From Anaerolineae bacterium (GTDB lineage Bacteria; Chloroflexota; Anaerolineae; Epilineales; JAHCIE01): a DNA stretch of 64,000 nucleotides. Below the pieces are notes generated by a model. That model was not told the origin of the DNA, did not search any database, and worked only from the letters and a program-made list of their open reading frames with translations. Location of the stretch: NCBI GenBank assembly GCA_039810085.1, contig JBDHWG010000002.1, positions 2,273 to 66,272 of the forward strand, given 5' to 3'. The position numbers and the translations under genes were made by a program. This document shows positions 54,328 through 63,952 of the stretch, one piece after another; within the stretch, counting starts at the first letter, position 1; each line of letters begins with the position of its first letter.

Positions 54328-55725
54328 ATGCTGCACGCGAAAGACACTGTTCGTGACGAACTACTGGACGAGGTCTTTGCCTCCAACGACATCTCGGTCG
54401 CCCTACCCAAGTACAAGATGCCTGAACGAGAACACGAGGCCCGCCACGCCTACCAGCTCGTCGTGGACGAGCTGATGCTCGACGGTAACTCGCGCCAGAA
54501 CCTGGCGACGTTCTGCCAGACATGGCTCGAGCCCGAGGTGCACAAGATCATGGACTTGACCCTCGACAAGAACATGATTGACAAGGACGAGTACCCCTAG
54601 ACGGCCGAGCTAGAGGAGCGCTGCGTCCACATGCTGGCCGACCTGTGGAACTCGCCGGATGCCGCCAATACACTTGGGACCTCAACAACGGGATCGAGCG
54701 AGGCTGCGATGCTGGGCGGCATGGCGCTCTTGTGGAAGTGGCGCGCGCGTCAACGTGCCGCAGGCAAGCCGACGGACAGGCCCAATCTCGTGACCGGCCC
54801 GGTGCAGATATGCTGGCACAAGTTCACCCGCTACTGGGACGTGGAACACCGCGAGATTCCAATGGAGGGCGACCGCCTCATCATGAACGCCGAGGAAGTG
54901 CTCAAGCGCGTCGATGAGAACACCATCGGCGTCGCGCCGACGCTCGGTGTAACCTTCACCGGCCAGTATGAGCCGGTCAAGGCGGTCAGCGACGCCCTGG
55001 ACAGGTTGCAGGCGGACACCGGCCTTGACATCCCCATCCACGTTGACGGCGCTAGCGGCGGCTTCCTGGCTCCCTTCACCTGCCCCGATCTCGTCTGGGA
55101 CTTTCGGCTGCCCCGCGTCAAGTCCATCAATACATCCGGCCACAAGTTCGGCCTGGCGCCGCTCGGTGTCGGCTGGGTCGTCTGGCGGGACAAAGCAGAC
55201 TTGCCCGAGGAGCTCATCTTCAACGTCAACTACCTGGGCGGCAACATGCCCACCTTCGCGCTGAACTTCTCTCGGCCCGGTGGGCAGATCGTCGCCCAAT
55301 ATTACACGTTCCTGCGGCTCGGCAGGGAAGGCTATCGCAAAATTCATCGCGCGTGCCACGCCACGGCGATGTACCTCGCCGACGAGATTGGCAAGCTCGG
55401 GCCGTTCGAAATCCTGTTCAATGGCGACCCGCGCCACGGCATCCCGGCCCTGGCCTGGAAGCTGAAGGAAGGCGTGGACCACGGCTTCACGCTGTACGAC
55501 CTGGCCGACCGGCTGCGCACGCGGGGCTGGCTCGTCCCCGCCTACGCCATGCCCGCCAACCGCCAGGACATGGTCGTGCAGCGCATCCTGGTGCGCCACG
55601 GCTTCAGCCGCGACCTCGCTTGCCTGCTCATGGATGACTACCGCGCCGCCGTCGCTCACTTCGACAGGCATCCCGTCGCTGTGCCGCTCAGCGAGCAAGA
55701 GGGCGGCGGCTTCAAGCACAGCTAA
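54328..55725 (+). pseudogene. gad: Glutamate decarboxylase (PLP-dependent) interrupted by an in-frame TAG at 54598..54600
   Basis: Track ORFs 54226..54600 and 54631..55725 are in the same frame. The junction reads [25 protein letters not shown], where E. coli GadA/B has ..DKDEYPQ... PLP lysine motif [10 protein letters not shown]. Start at ATG 54328 after GAAGGAG. Confidence 0.8.
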
Positions 55726-55734
55726 CCGAATAAG

Positions 55735-56583
55735 TTATGTCACAACCGTCGGGTAGAGGCGACCCGCGATAATGACGAGCGCAGTGACGGCGACGGCCAG
55801 GACGGCAAAATCCATCGGCAGGCCGAAGGCGCTTGGCCAGCCGACGAGCATTAGGCTGCGTAGCGCGTCCACCTCGTAGGTCAGCGGATTGACGAGCGCC
55901 AGCGCCTGGAGCCAGCTCGGCATCACGGCGATGGGGTAGATAGCGTTGCTGGCGAAGAACAGCGGCATGGTGAGCACCTGGCCGATGCCCATGAAGCGCT
56001 CGCGCGTCTTGACGATGCAGGCGATGATGAGGGAGAACGTGGCGAACAGTCCTGCCCCCAGCAGTACCACGAAGACCACGCCCAGGATTGCCAACGGGTT
56101 CCAGTTGAGCTGGACGTGCAGTAGCATGGCGAGGATGTAAATGATACACGCCTGCGACAGGCCGCGCACGCCGGCCGAGAGTCCCTTGCCGGACACGATG
56201 GCGGTGCGCGGCGTCGGGCTGGCGAGGAACTTTTGCAGGATGCCCAGGTCGCGCTCCCAGATGACGGCAATGCCGTAGAAGATCGACACGAAGAGCACGC
56301 TCTGCGCCAGAATGCCGGGCGCCATGAAGTCGATGTAGCTGTAGTTCCCCGTCGGGATGAGCCGGATCTGGTTCAGCACCTGGCCGAACACGAGCAGCCA
56401 CAGCGCCGGCTGAATAGCGCGCGTGATAAGCTCCGTCGGGTCGTGGCGCAGCTTCCGCGCCTCCAGCTCGGCAATCGTGTAGGTCTTGCGAAGATACCCC
56501 GCCAGCGCGTTCGGCCAATGCGTGGCGGGCAGCGCCGGGCTAACCCAGGCGGCGCGCTGTACGTCGGGTTCTTGAAGTCTCAC
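55735..56583 (-). CDS. ABC-2 type exporter permease
   Basis: Six hydrophobic segments. GTG 56583 is preceded by AGGAGGG. It overlaps the ATPase gene by 44 nt. Confidence 0.75.
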   Translation of the reverse strand: MRLQEPDVQRAAWVSPALPATHWPNALAGYLRKTYTIAELEARKLRHDPTELITRAIQPALWLLVFGQVLNQIRLIPTGNYSYIDFMAPGILAQSVLFVSIFYGIAVIWERDLGILQKFLASPTPRTAIVSGKGLSAGVRGLSQACIIYILAMLLHVQLNWNPLAILGVVFVVLLGAGLFATFSLIIACIVKTRERFMGIGQVLTMPLFFASNAIYPIAVMPSWLQALALVNPLTYEVDALRSLMLVGWPSAFGLPMDFAVLAVAVTALVIIAGRLYPTVVT

Positions 56584-57337
56584 GGTAACTCCCTCCTGAT
56601 TCAATCGTATCCCCAGTGTAGGCGGCAAATACGTCGTCTAGCGTCGTCTCCGGTCCACCGACCGACGCCTTCAGCTCCGATGGCGTCCCTAACGCCACCA
56701 GCTTGCCGTGGTGCATGATGGCAATGCGGTGGCACAGGCTATCCGCCTCTTCCATGTAGTGCGTCGTCAACAAAATTGTCGTGTGGTACGTCTCGCGGAC
56801 ATCCTTGATGTGGCCCCAGACGGCCTGGCGCGCGATGGGGTCGAGGCCGACCGTCGGCTCGTCCAGGAACAGCATGGCCGGCCGATGCAGCAGGGACTGG
56901 GCAATCTCCAGACGGCGGATCATCCCGCCGGAGTACGTGCGCACCAGGCGGTTCGCCGCGTCGGTCAGCCCCATGAACGCGAGCGCGTCGCGCACGCGCC
57001 GCTCCTGCTCCTTCCCCGGAATGTCATACAGCTTGGCAAACACCAGCAGGTTCTCGTAGCCGGACAGCGTGCCGTCGGCCGATAGCATCTGCGGCACGTA
57101 GCCGATGATGTGGCGCACCTTCATCGACTCGCGCACAACGTCATAGCCGCCGACCGCAGCGCGCCCTGACGTGGGTGGCAGCAGGGTCGTCAACATCTTG
57201 ATGACCGTCGACTTGCCAGCGCCGTTCGGGCCGACCAGGCCGAACACTTCGCCCGGCTCGACCGAGAGCGTCAGCCCATCGACGGCGGTCAGATCGCCGA
57301 AACGACGGGTCAGGTTCTCTGTTTCCAAAATAGGCAT
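56540..57337 (-). CDS. ABC transporter ATP-binding protein (DrrA-like)
   Basis: GPNGAGKST, YSGGMIRRL and LFLDEPTVGLD motifs. Confidence 0.9.
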   Translation of the reverse strand: MPILETENLTRRFGDLTAVDGLTLSVEPGEVFGLVGPNGAGKSTVIKMLTTLLPPTSGRAAVGGYDVVRESMKVRHIIGYVPQMLSADGTLSGYENLLVFAKLYDIPGKEQERRVRDALAFMGLTDAANRLVRTYSGGMIRRLEIAQSLLHRPAMLFLDEPTVGLDPIARQAVWGHIKDVRETYHTTILLTTHYMEEADSLCHRIAIMHHGKLVALGTPSELKASVGGPETTLDDVFAAYTGDTIESGGSYRETSRTRRTARRLG

Positions 57338-57349
57338 TGTCTCTTCTCG

Positions 57350-57799
57350 CTATGCTCGCTGAACGTTCTTCGCAAACACCTCGCGGAGCAGGCGCATCGC
57401 CTGCATCACAAGCTCTTGCTCCGCTGGCGGCAGAGCGCCCACCAACTCAGCCAGGTCTTGCCGTGTCGCCTGCCGCGCAACCGCCAGCACCGCCTCGCCC
57501 TCGGTCGTAATGCGCAGCGTGAGGTATCGACGGTCGGCGGCGGACGCCTCGCGCACGAGCAGCGCCCGCGTGACCAGCCCATCCACCAGCCGCGACACCG
57601 ACGAGAGCGTCAGGCCGAGGTGCTCAGCGACATCCGACAGGGACGCGCCGGTGTGGCGGTCTACGTACGCCAGCGTGCGGAACTGCGGCACGCTCAGGTC
57701 GTGGGCGCTGTGGGCGCGCATGCTCTGGCGGATGGTCCGCATGACGAGCGGCGTCACCTCGAAAACTTCGTTGGCGCAATTGTCCGCTAATCCAGGCAT
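57350..57799 (-). CDS. MarR family transcriptional regulator
   Basis: Trimmed to ATG 57799. Winged HTH: LSVPQFRTLAYVDRHTGASLSDVAEHLGLTLSSVSRLVDGLV..R..DRR. Confidence 0.85.
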   Translation of the reverse strand: MPGLADNCANEVFEVTPLVMRTIRQSMRAHSAHDLSVPQFRTLAYVDRHTGASLSDVAEHLGLTLSSVSRLVDGLVTRALLVREASAADRRYLTLRITTEGEAVLAVARQATRQDLAELVGALPPAEQELVMQAMRLLREVFAKNVQRA

Positions 57800-57830
57800 T
57801 ACTTCACCTTTCGAATAGTTGCATATATCA

Positions 57831-57859
57831 AGTATATCTCGTCGCTCCCAAAAATGCAA
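57831..57859 (-). promoter_or_regulatory. Candidate promoter of the marR-ABC operon
   Basis: The minus strand reads TTGCAT - 17 nt - TATACT. An AT-rich partially palindromic stretch (TTGATATATGCAA) sits between the -10 and the RBS and could be the MarR operator. Confidence 0.45.
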
Positions 57860-57876
57860 TAGCACAGCGCCCGAAT

Positions 57877-57915
57877 CAGAAAAGGCATCGGCGAGGAAAA
57901 TCTCCTCGCCGATGC
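57877..57915 (-). terminator. Rho-independent terminator after the sigma-PNPOx-GNAT operon
   Basis: The minus strand reads GCATCGGCGAGGA GATTT TCCTCGCCGATGC followed by CTTTTCTG. Confidence 0.65.
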
Positions 57916-57948
57916 GCACATGAACACAATATGTCGTTAGGATCACCA

Positions 57949-58386
57949 CTATGTAGCTTCCGGCGGCATGATTTCCAGAGTCAGGGCGTAGTCGGTGTAG
58001 CCGAGGTCACGCCAGAACGCGACGGCCGCCGCGTTGTTGACCAGTACCGACACCGTCCACCGCTTGTCGCGCGCCCAGACTCGCTCAAATAACACGGCCA
58101 TCGCCTGGCGGCCAATGCCCTGTCGTCGGCGCTCCCGAACGACAAAGAATTGCCGCAGATAGACTTCGGCGTCTGTCTCCCTAAACAGGGCGTAGGCCAC
58201 GACTGCGTCGTCCTCCTCAAAGATCACAGCCTGATATTCGCTTGACCCCAGCCAGCCGCGCATCCGCTCCTCTAGCTGGGCGACGGTCATCGGGTTGCGG
58301 TGGCCTTCGTCCTGGATGAGATGGCAATTCAGGTCGGCGAGCCTAGCGGCATCCGCTGGCGTCGCCATGCGGTACTCGACGCTCAC
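57949..58386 (-). CDS. GNAT family N-acetyltransferase
   Basis: 145 aa: RRRQGIGRQAM motif. Confidence 0.8.
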   Translation of the reverse strand: MSVEYRMATPADAARLADLNCHLIQDEGHRNPMTVAQLEERMRGWLGSSEYQAVIFEEDDAVVAYALFRETDAEVYLRQFFVVRERRRQGIGRQAMAVLFERVWARDKRWTVSVLVNNAAAVAFWRDLGYTDYALTLEIMPPEAT

Positions 58387-58829
58387 CCTGCGTCAGCTTT
58401 CCAGTGCTGGCGCACCGGCTGCCCATCCTTGTAGACGGTGGAGGCGGCGCTCTCAACGTCCATCTCGAACAGGACGTAGTGGTCAGCCGGCGTGTAGCTG
58501 GCAAGCTCAGCGGCGAGCCTGCGCGTCCCCGGGTCATCTCGGAACGTGGCGCGGCCCGCCATGAAGAACTCGCCACTGTCACCACTAGAGTCGCTCACAG
58601 CTGAGTGCAGGGCGTAGCGGCCATCGCGACGTAGGTCATGGCCCTTGGGTGACGTCGGCTCCATGAACAGGAACAGCCGCCCCTGGCCGACGATGGGCGT
58701 GACGGGATGCACACGGGGCGAGCCGTCCTTGCGAAGCGTGGCGAGGTAGGCGACGCCAAAGCGTTGGAAGCGCTCGGCGCCAAACGCGGCCAAATCGGGC
58801 TGTGCAGTCTCAAGGTCTTTCCAGCTCAT
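58383..58829 (-). CDS. Pyridoxamine 5'-phosphate oxidase-like (FMN/F420-binding split-barrel) protein
   Basis: 148 aa: VAYLATLRKDGSPRVHPV.. pattern. 4-nt overlap with the downstream GNAT gene. Confidence 0.7.
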   Translation of the reverse strand: MSWKDLETAQPDLAAFGAERFQRFGVAYLATLRKDGSPRVHPVTPIVGQGRLFLFMEPTSPKGHDLRRDGRYALHSAVSDSSGDSGEFFMAGRATFRDDPGTRRLAAELASYTPADHYVLFEMDVESAASTVYKDGQPVRQHWKADAG

Positions 58830-58848
58830 GGATCAAATCTCCCTTTTG

Positions 58849-59724
58849 TCACTCGGCCAGGATGGTCACATCAAGCTGGCTCAGGCGCGCTGGCTCAGCG
58901 AGCAAATCGATTCTGACGATCTTGCCATCCATAATCGTGAAACTGAATACAACACGCGGCTGCCCGCCCGGCGCCCAGACGGCTGCCGCTTCCCCATCCA
59001 CAAGCGCCGGCTTCGCAACCCTGGCGCGCCCGACGAAGGTCACGGCGACGGATGTTGCACCCCGTACCTCTCTGTCTGCGCCCGCCTGCACGGCTGTCTC
59101 GTCAGCGTAGAGGACGACATCGGGGTCGAGCAGGGCAAGAAGCGCGTCGAAATCCCCGTCGCGCGACGCCGCCAGGAAGGCATCGACAATCGCGCGACGC
59201 CGGATGAGATCGACGTTACGACCCTCAGATGCTCCCCGCACCCGACTGCGGGCGCGGCTGGCAAGCTTCCGCGCGGCGGTTGGTGAGCGTCCGACGAGAG
59301 GGGCAATCTCCTCAAACGGCATGGCGAAGACATCGTGCAGCACGAACGCCAGGCGCTCGGCAGGAGTCAGCGTATCGAGCATCACAAGCAGCGCCAGCCC
59401 GACCGAGTCGGCCACCTCAGCTTCGTGTTCTGGGTCGCCCCGGTCTGCGTGGGTCGCCCTCGATTCGGGTACGCCCGCGTCCAGCGCCTCCTCGCGCTTC
59501 GACGTGCGCAAGCGCAGCATGTCCAGGCACACCCGCGCGACAACCGTCGTCAGCCAGCCGCGCAAGTTCTGCACGTCGCTTGTGTCCGAGCGGCTGAGGC
59601 GAAGCCAGGCTTCCTGAACAGCGTCATCGGCCTCGCTCGATGAGCCGAGCATCCGGTAGGCTACGGCCCACAGGTGGGCGCGGTTCGCCTCGAAACCCTC
59701 CGCCAGCAAATCTTGTTCGGTCAT
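58849..59724 (-). CDS. ECF-type sigma-70 factor with a C-terminal SnoaL-like extension (ECF41/SigJ-like)
   Basis: Region 2 (AYRMLGSSSEADDAVQEAWLRL), region 4 (ERLAFVLHDVFAMPFEEIAPLVGRSPTAARKLASRAR) and a C-terminal extension of about 100 aa. Confidence 0.85.
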   Translation of the reverse strand: MTEQDLLAEGFEANRAHLWAVAYRMLGSSSEADDAVQEAWLRLSRSDTSDVQNLRGWLTTVVARVCLDMLRLRTSKREEALDAGVPESRATHADRGDPEHEAEVADSVGLALLVMLDTLTPAERLAFVLHDVFAMPFEEIAPLVGRSPTAARKLASRARSRVRGASEGRNVDLIRRRAIVDAFLAASRDGDFDALLALLDPDVVLYADETAVQAGADREVRGATSVAVTFVGRARVAKPALVDGEAAAVWAPGGQPRVVFSFTIMDGKIVRIDLLAEPARLSQLDVTILAE

Positions 59725-59809
59725 CGGTCACATTTCTCCGTTGCAGTTCGTCATGTTATTGACGTACCACACGCACTGAATGTGACACAACAACGGCAAG
59801 GAGCTTTTC

Positions 59810-60157
59810 ATGACGTCAGGTATGCGAACCATCATCTACCCGGTTAAGGACCTCGGCCGCGCCAAGACACTGTACAGCCAACTTCTGGGTGTCGCGCCCA
59901 TCATGGACGAGGCTTACTACGTCGGCTTCAAGGTGGGCGATCAGGATATCGGTCTCGACCCCCACGGCCACCGCCAGGGCATGACCGGGCCGATCAGTTA
60001 TTGGCACGTCGATGACATCCAGCAAACGCTCCAGCAACTGCTCGACACTGGCGCAGAGCCGCAGCAAGGCATCCGGGATGTTGGCGGCGGCAAACTGGTC
60101 GCAACGGTCAAGGACGCCGACGGCAACATCATCGGCCTCATCCAGTCGCCGTGGTAG
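59810..60157 (+). CDS. VOC/glyoxalase family protein
   Basis: 115 aa, AAGGAG RBS. ..VKDADGNIIGLIQ. Confidence 0.75.
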   Translation: MTSGMRTIIYPVKDLGRAKTLYSQLLGVAPIMDEAYYVGFKVGDQDIGLDPHGHRQGMTGPISYWHVDDIQQTLQQLLDTGAEPQQGIRDVGGGKLVATVKDADGNIIGLIQSPW

Positions 60158-60671
60158 CGTCCTCACGTCCAGCACTCCAGTCGAACACCCAACGTGTCAT
60201 GTTGTGCAGTTCTTCGCCGTCCCATGCCAGGACCTTTCGCGGTTCGACAACCCAATACGGCGATCCTTCGGCGACCTGATACTTAGCCTGAAACGCGCTA
60301 TCCAGGCGCTCCCAGGCCTGAGCATCGATCTCGTCATCCTCGATGGTGCGCGCGACCCCTTCGAGGATGACGACCTTTTCGCCATCCGGTACATGGACTA
60401 CGATGTTGGGATTGCGCACGAGATGCCGCGCCCAGGCCGTCTGCATGCTGCCTTCGAAGTGGAACCTATTCTCGCACCAGATGCCCCACACCGGAACGGC
60501 GTGCGGGCGGCCCGTTGGCGAGACCGTGCTCAGCCAGTAGTGCCGCGCCTGGTCCATCTGCGTAGCGACGAACTCCCAGGACACAAGATTGCCGTCGTCC
60601 TCGGGCATGGGGTAGCCCGGAACCTTTTTCGCTGGTGTCGCCTTAGGGATGACGACCGGAGTGAGCATCAA
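60138..60671 (-). CDS. Pyridoxamine 5'-phosphate oxidase family protein
   Basis: 177 aa: HYWLSTVSPTGRPHAVPVWGIW pattern. Its convergent 3' end overlaps the VOC gene by 20 nt. Confidence 0.7.
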   Translation of the reverse strand: MMLTPVVIPKATPAKKVPGYPMPEDDGNLVSWEFVATQMDQARHYWLSTVSPTGRPHAVPVWGIWCENRFHFEGSMQTAWARHLVRNPNIVVHVPDGEKVVILEGVARTIEDDEIDAQAWERLDSAFQAKYQVAEGSPYWVVEPRKVLAWDGEELHNMTRWVFDWSAGREDATTATG

Positions 60672-60677
60672 CAGCCT

Positions 60678-61220
60678 CTAGACCCGATCGAGCGGGCGGT
60701 GCGGCTTGGGCGGAAGCTCGACCTGGATGCTATCGCCGGGCCGCACCTCGCCACCGGCGATGACAATGCCCATGACGCCCGACTTGCGCACCAAGTTCCC
60801 CTCGGCGTCGTGGTCCAGCACCGCCGCCATCAGGCCCGGCTGGAAGGTATCGAGCTGGGCGCACGGGTTGCGCAACCCCGTCACCTCAACGACCGCGTTC
60901 TCGCCAATATGGAGACGCGCGCCGATCGGCAGCCCAAGCAGGTCGATACCCTGCGTCGTGATATTCTCGCCCATCTGCCCCGCCGCGACCTCGAAGCCTT
61001 TGGCCTGCAGCTCGTCGAACAGCTCCGCATGCATAAGGTGTACCTGGCGAAGGTTGGGCTGCGTCGGGTCCCGCCTCACGTGCGAGCGATGCTTGACCCT
61101 CTCCCCCATGTGCGCGTCCCCCTCTACGCCCAGACCAGCCAGCAGGCGAATACTTGCCTGGGTCGACTTGCTGAACGTGTGCCTCCCGCTCCGACTCACC
61201 GCCATCACGACCCCGTCCAT
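60678..61220 (-). CDS. MOSC domain-containing protein
   Basis: Trimmed to ATG 61220 (GGAGG upstream). GLGVEGDAH.., NPCAQLD motif typical of MOSC. Confidence 0.8.
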   Translation of the reverse strand: MDGVVMAVSRSGRHTFSKSTQASIRLLAGLGVEGDAHMGERVKHRSHVRRDPTQPNLRQVHLMHAELFDELQAKGFEVAAGQMGENITTQGIDLLGLPIGARLHIGENAVVEVTGLRNPCAQLDTFQPGLMAAVLDHDAEGNLVRKSGVMGIVIAGGEVRPGDSIQVELPPKPHRPLDRV

Positions 61221-61308
61221 CCACGCCTCCGTCTTCTCTATTGGCTGATAGTTTGTAGCACATTTTGTGAGACTCGGAATACTCTCCACACCCGCCCCTG
61301 GTGGGTTC

Positions 61309-63039
61309 CTAGAACAAGCGCGGTTTGCGGCGCCGCCGCGCAACAACGAAGGCGAGAATGCCAGCCGCGAATGCAAGAATACCCAGCAGGACGGTAAACC
61401 CCACAAGGTCTTCCCCAGCCCAGCCCAGGAAGGGATAATACCAGCGCGCCGACAGAAACGATCTACCCTCAGCCTCCCATGCTTGAATAAACGCGGGCAG
61501 TGCCAGCACGCTCAGGCTCACCGTGAGCGACGCGAAAATGACCGAGAAAGCCAGGGCCAGTTCCCCGAGCCGCTGCGACTCGAGCTGCAGCAGCATCTCG
61601 TGGTCACGCGCGAGCAGGGCCTGCAAATCCCCCAGGTTTGCTTCCGCATGATCCAGGATATCGGTAATTCCTGACTGGCTCAAAAGTAACTCGAACTTCC
61701 CAGTGGCATAGGGAGCATAAGCAATCAGATGTGGCGTGGTGATCGTGCGAAGATAAGCGATATACCGGGAGATATTAGCGACCCTCTCATTCATGCGTCC
61801 TAAACTCTTCTTGTCCAGATCGTGATTATCGCCCAGCAACGGGATCGCTTCGGAAAGGTAGTGCGCAGCAATCTGCTCGACCACTTGCGCAAGCAGGCGG
61901 GTTTCGACGCTGAATTCGATACCCCGCGCGATGGTGTCCCAGTATTCCGCATGGGAGATATACCCGGAAGGGAAGATCACCTTCGTTTCCTTCGGGGTAT
62001 ATCGATAGATGAGCGCGCTTGGTCCCGTGAAGACGCATATCTCGTTCTCCCACGTGGATTGATTCCGACTCACAATCGCGCGGGCATAGTCAAGGGAGTG
62101 TGTAGGATAGTAGTACGTGCTTTTGCCTTCGAGAATAACCCCTTCCAACAGACCGGAGATAGTTTGGGCATACTCATCGCACGCGATTGTACTCGGACTC
62201 AGGATGTTCCTCGTCTTCGTGTCGAAGTCATAGTCTCCAATTTCAAAGAAGTGGTATAACGTCAGTTCCTCTCTCAGAACACCCAATGTGCCGCCGGAGG
62301 GGAATGGCGTTAATTCCAGGGAGAATTGGAGATTTTGCGCAGTTGAGTGGAGCCGGAAGGCGCATGCTTCCCCAAACTGCCGCATGACCTCGGCTGCCAT
62401 CTGCCAGAGAACAGGCGGCGACTCCCGCTCGATATCGGCCATGGAATGCTGAGACGACCACTGCATGAATTGATGAATAGAGGCAATGCGTTCGAGCGCC
62501 CCTATACTCTGGCCGTCAGCTTCTAGCTCACGTAGCTTCCGACGAGCGCTCTCTATGTCGAAATGTCCTTGTAGGCCAATCACATCCCGTGAGATGTCGA
62601 TGAGCTTCTTTGGTTTCGCGATATCGAGGCACAGGATGAGCGTGACGATGCCATTGCTGCACAACCGAATCCAGAAGTCCCATTTCCTCCATAATTTAAG
62701 GAACTTGTCCTTGAACTGAACGTTGTGTTCCAATTCTTTCGGGAAGTGCACCTTGTTCTTGTTCAATCGATAGGTTGGAGCAAACCGATCTTCCGCCAGG
62801 ATTCTGTTGAACACCCCGATCTCGTAGCCCCGGTGCTCGGTCTCGACATAGCAGTCGTCCCTCGTAAAGCGAGGATCATTGAGGCGCCATTGTCTCAAGA
62901 ACTCGTCGAAGCGTGCATGGCAGCGCAGCCGCATGAGAGTCTCTTGAGAATCACTGGCAACGAAGGCGGACAGATCAAAAGCAAGAATAACAAAAACCTT
63001 CCCTCGAGCATCGAGATCTTGTTCCAGCCGCCGTGTCAT
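61309..63039 (-). CDS. Hypothetical protein with a large soluble N-terminal region, a coiled-coil stalk and two C-terminal TM helices; low-GC gene
   Basis: 576-aa uninterrupted ORF in DNA much less GC-rich than its flanks. C-terminus LALAFSVIFASLTVSLSVLALPAF .. LVGFTVLLGILAFAAGILAFVVARRRRKPRLF. I recognise no family. Confidence 0.6.
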   Translation of the reverse strand: MTRRLEQDLDARGKVFVILAFDLSAFVASDSQETLMRLRCHARFDEFLRQWRLNDPRFTRDDCYVETEHRGYEIGVFNRILAEDRFAPTYRLNKNKVHFPKELEHNVQFKDKFLKLWRKWDFWIRLCSNGIVTLILCLDIAKPKKLIDISRDVIGLQGHFDIESARRKLRELEADGQSIGALERIASIHQFMQWSSQHSMADIERESPPVLWQMAAEVMRQFGEACAFRLHSTAQNLQFSLELTPFPSGGTLGVLREELTLYHFFEIGDYDFDTKTRNILSPSTIACDEYAQTISGLLEGVILEGKSTYYYPTHSLDYARAIVSRNQSTWENEICVFTGPSALIYRYTPKETKVIFPSGYISHAEYWDTIARGIEFSVETRLLAQVVEQIAAHYLSEAIPLLGDNHDLDKKSLGRMNERVANISRYIAYLRTITTPHLIAYAPYATGKFELLLSQSGITDILDHAEANLGDLQALLARDHEMLLQLESQRLGELALAFSVIFASLTVSLSVLALPAFIQAWEAEGRSFLSARWYYPFLGWAGEDLVGFTVLLGILAFAAGILAFVVARRRRKPRLF

Positions 63040-63328
63040 AGCCCCTCCAGCAACTCAGGTGGGCGGTTGCTCGGTGCCCTGCATGTCGATTCGCCCGCCC
63101 TGCGATCCTTCTGGCCTTCCACAAGACAGGCGTGATTCTACCATAGCACACGTTGACAGACAAACCGACGCCGAGACTCTTTGACATGACGCCCCTATGG
63201 TATACTAATGCCAGGACTTGAGCTGCCTCCGTCGGTGATCCCTGACTTTGCGCACGTAAGAAGATGGTCTATTCCAGCACTAGAAAGTAGTCAACTCCAC
63301 GACCGGTTCTCTTCGAAAGGAGATTGGG

Positions 63329-63790
63329 ATGTTGCACGTTGGCGACATGGCCCCTGACTTCGATGTCCTGACTGATGAGGGCACACGCCTCAAGCTGTCG
63401 GATTTGCGCGGCAAGACGGTCATTCTCTACTTCTATCCCAAGTCCGACACGCCTGGCTGCACGAAAGAGGCGTACTCGTTCCGCGACGCTTTCCCGCGCT
63501 TCAATACCGATCGCGCCGTTGTCCTGGGCATCAGTCCCGATGACGTGAAGGCGCAGGCCAAGTTCAAGGCCAAGTACAATCTGCCGTTCACTCTGCTGGC
63601 CGACGCCGACCACGCAATTGCCGAGGCCTACGGCGTCTGGGGTGAAAAGAGCATGTACGGCAAGACGTACTGGGGTGTATCCCGCGAGACGTTCATCATT
63701 GGCCCTGATGGCAAGATCGAGCGGGTGTTCGAGAAAGTAAAGCCCGAAGGCCATGCCGAGGAAGTCCTCCAGGCTTTGCAGCCCACATGA
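63329..63790 (+). CDS. bcp: Thioredoxin-dependent thiol peroxidase (peroxiredoxin Bcp)
   Basis: 153 aa: GKTVILYFYPKSDTPGCTKEA active site. AAAGGAG RBS. Confidence 0.9.
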   Translation: MLHVGDMAPDFDVLTDEGTRLKLSDLRGKTVILYFYPKSDTPGCTKEAYSFRDAFPRFNTDRAVVLGISPDDVKAQAKFKAKYNLPFTLLADADHAIAEAYGVWGEKSMYGKTYWGVSRETFIIGPDGKIERVFEKVKPEGHAEEVLQALQPT

Positions 63791-63874
63791 ACCTTGTGAC
63801 GGTGAACCACGCCGTACCGCACTTGTCATTGGCTGCCGGTGGCAGGCTTTGCCACTTTCAAGACGGCTTTGGAC

Positions 63875-63903
63875 TTGACAGGATTTCACTTTTGCTGTAA
63901 ACT
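63875..63903 (+). promoter_or_regulatory. Near-consensus sigma70-type promoter
   Basis: TTGACA - 17 nt - TAAACT. Confidence 0.45.
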
Positions 63904-63952
63904 AGCGGTCGTAGAACGCTCTTGGAAGTTGCTCCTTAGCCTGGCTGGACAC

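Noticed and set aside
54682-55719. 345-aa minus-strand ORF opposite glutamate decarboxylase
   Set aside because: Antisense shadow ORF.
56540-56583. 44-nt overlap between the ABC ATPase 3' end and the permease GTG start
   Set aside because: This is probably genuine but unremarkable. The ATPase C-terminal tail (..GGSYRETSRTRRTARRLG) looks conserved for this subfamily, and the permease GTG has the only good RBS. It is not evidence of a frameshift.
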